53,082 bases of DNA from Octopus sinensis (lineage: Eukaryota), in NCBI RefSeq assembly GCF_006345805.1, contig NW_021833894.1, positions 1 to 53,082 of the forward strand. The letters run 5' to 3'. The notes below the pieces were generated by a model. It worked only from the letters and a program-made list of their open reading frames with translations. It was not told the origin of the DNA and searched no databases. The first letter of the stretch is position 1, and every line of letters starts with the position of its first letter. Position numbers and translations under genes: made by a program. Below are positions 51,483 to 53,082 of the stretch, piece after piece.

Positions 51483-53082
51483 ATGCCCAGAAAAGAAAGA
51501 GCAATAACCTGTCCCTAAAATATTCTCGTTCACAAAAGATTGACGAGCAAAGACAACAAATGCTAATTTAGTGAAATAGACATGGACCTAGCTCTTCTCA
51601 GTATCTCGACATAAAGCAAAGGAGAATGCAAGAAATTTGTGCAATGGAAACACCAAAAGAAACAGAGGTACAGAAAAATGCAGATTGGCTGAGGAGACAG
51701 GAAACCTGTGCAATGGAAAGACCAGAAGATTCAGAAGCATGGAGGAATGCGAATCGGATGAGAATACAGGAAATCTGTGCAATGGAAAGACCAGAAAAAG
51801 AGAAGCGCGTAGGAATGTGAATCAGCTGAGAGCACAGAAAAGCCGTGTGATGGAAACACCACAAGAAACAGAAGCACGGACAAATACTCATCGGCTGAGG
51901 AAACAGGATTCTTAGGAAAACACGTCGCTGCCACAAATTCAGCAGCGACAAGGAAATAACCGGGCATGATACCAATGGAAACTTCGTCAGCAAAGAACTG
52001 ACACTGAGAGAATGGTCATGGAAGTAGCAGATGTAGCAGATTTGCAAGAGAAAGAACGAAATCCAAGCCTTACGTTGCACTGCTGTAGAAACATTTTTAA
52101 CCGAATATGACTTGACTGCAAAGGTTTCCTTTGGAGTGCTGAGAAACCTTCCCTTTGCTGTAACAAAAGAAAACTTAGCAATGACAAAGCCCTCAGAATT
52201 AATAGCTAAGTATATGATGTTGTCAAATGTTTCTGGACAAACTTTGTGATAAAATTCATGGCTATGGCTTCACTTGGACTGGATCATCCACGTGTTGGAC
52301 CACAGGGTGGTAGTATTTTTATGCCTAATTTCAAGATTCAAGAAAAGTTGTACCACCGCAAAGAAAGTCTCCTACCAGTAGTAAATAGGAAGCCAGTGTA
52401 CGCATAGCTATATTTCGTTGACACTGAAAATGACATGAGAAATATTCAGTGCAGCTGACAATGACCTTAATGAGAACATCCTGCTACACTTGCAGAGAGC
52501 ATTGCATATGCACAATCCATATGCCAAGAGTTTTAGACAAGCTATTGATATAATTAAGGAATACTCTGCACCAGGAAAATGTCCCAATGGTGATATTATT
52601 ACACGTCATGACAAACAGCTGATTCCTGCTGGGTCACATGAGTGAATCTATAATCCACGGACCGCATCAGAATTTGCCGTGATCGTGGTGGGAGATGATA
52701 CCGGTAATCTAAACGTTAAACCTGCGGATGTTGTTGTGCAGTACAGGGATAGTAATGAGAAGTTACGCAACATTAACCAAATCCACAGAAGTTATGACCC
52801 TCTTCATTATGTACTTGTGTTTCCCTATGGGGAAGAATGCTGGAATGTGCTCTTGAAAGACAATAACCGAAGCAAAAACATCACTGAATGTGTCTTTTAT
52901 TTTTATTGTTTTCAAGTAAGAAAGGACGAGTTCAATGTCATGAGGAAAAGTCGACGTCTGATGCAACAATATGCAGTAGATCAATATGCAAAGATAGAGC
53001 AAGATCGATACACTTCCTGAGAATTCATCAGAAACAGTTTCAGGCTGAAAAGTACCAGGGCCTTCTGGATGTTATTGCAAAT
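51483..53082 (+). pseudogene. Decayed Helitron RepHel transposase, N-terminal part, continuing beyond the window
   Basis: MPRK start; 23-aa repeats; DCKGFLWSAEKPSLCC zinc motif; AMASLG; FMPNFKIQEKLYHRKESLLP..LYFVD; HNPYAKSF; HRSYDPLHYVLVFPYGEECW; RLMQQYAVDQYAKIEQDR. Contains stops and frameshifts. Confidence 0.92.

Overview
AT-rich, microsatellite-saturated animal genomic DNA. The SINE families and repeat landscape point to an octopod cephalopod (inference from recalled repeat families, not a database result). Almost all ORFs in the track are artefacts of (TA)n/(CA)n/(TAA)n tracts. Supportable content: (i) six R4/Dong-type non-LTR retrotransposon copies, one near full length (~27980-31830, minus: Myb-like N-terminus, RT with YMDD, CCHC knuckle, restriction-like endonuclease), most sitting in (TAA)n tracts; (ii) a decayed Helitron RepHel gene running off the right end; (iii) Tc1, Tx1/L1 and RTE fossils, several MITEs and fold-back elements; (iv) more than 20 tRNA-derived SINE copies; (v) a candidate CpG-rich promoter and 13-codon first coding exon on the minus strand (~14990 to 14509) whose downstream exons I could not find; (vi) a 1.7-kb purine-rich minisatellite whose unit stacks ETS, STAT and kB-like motifs. 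The most unusual signals are a one-directional T>C cluster in one unit of a 292-bp tandem repeat whose family forms a long hairpin elsewhere in the window (a possible fossil of A-to-I edited RNA, or a sequencing artefact), the motif-stacked minisatellite, a minimal hammerhead-like motif, and the (TAA)n landing-pad pile-up of retroelements. No complete host gene, rRNA, tRNA gene or CRISPR array is supported. Coordinates of decayed repeats are approximate.
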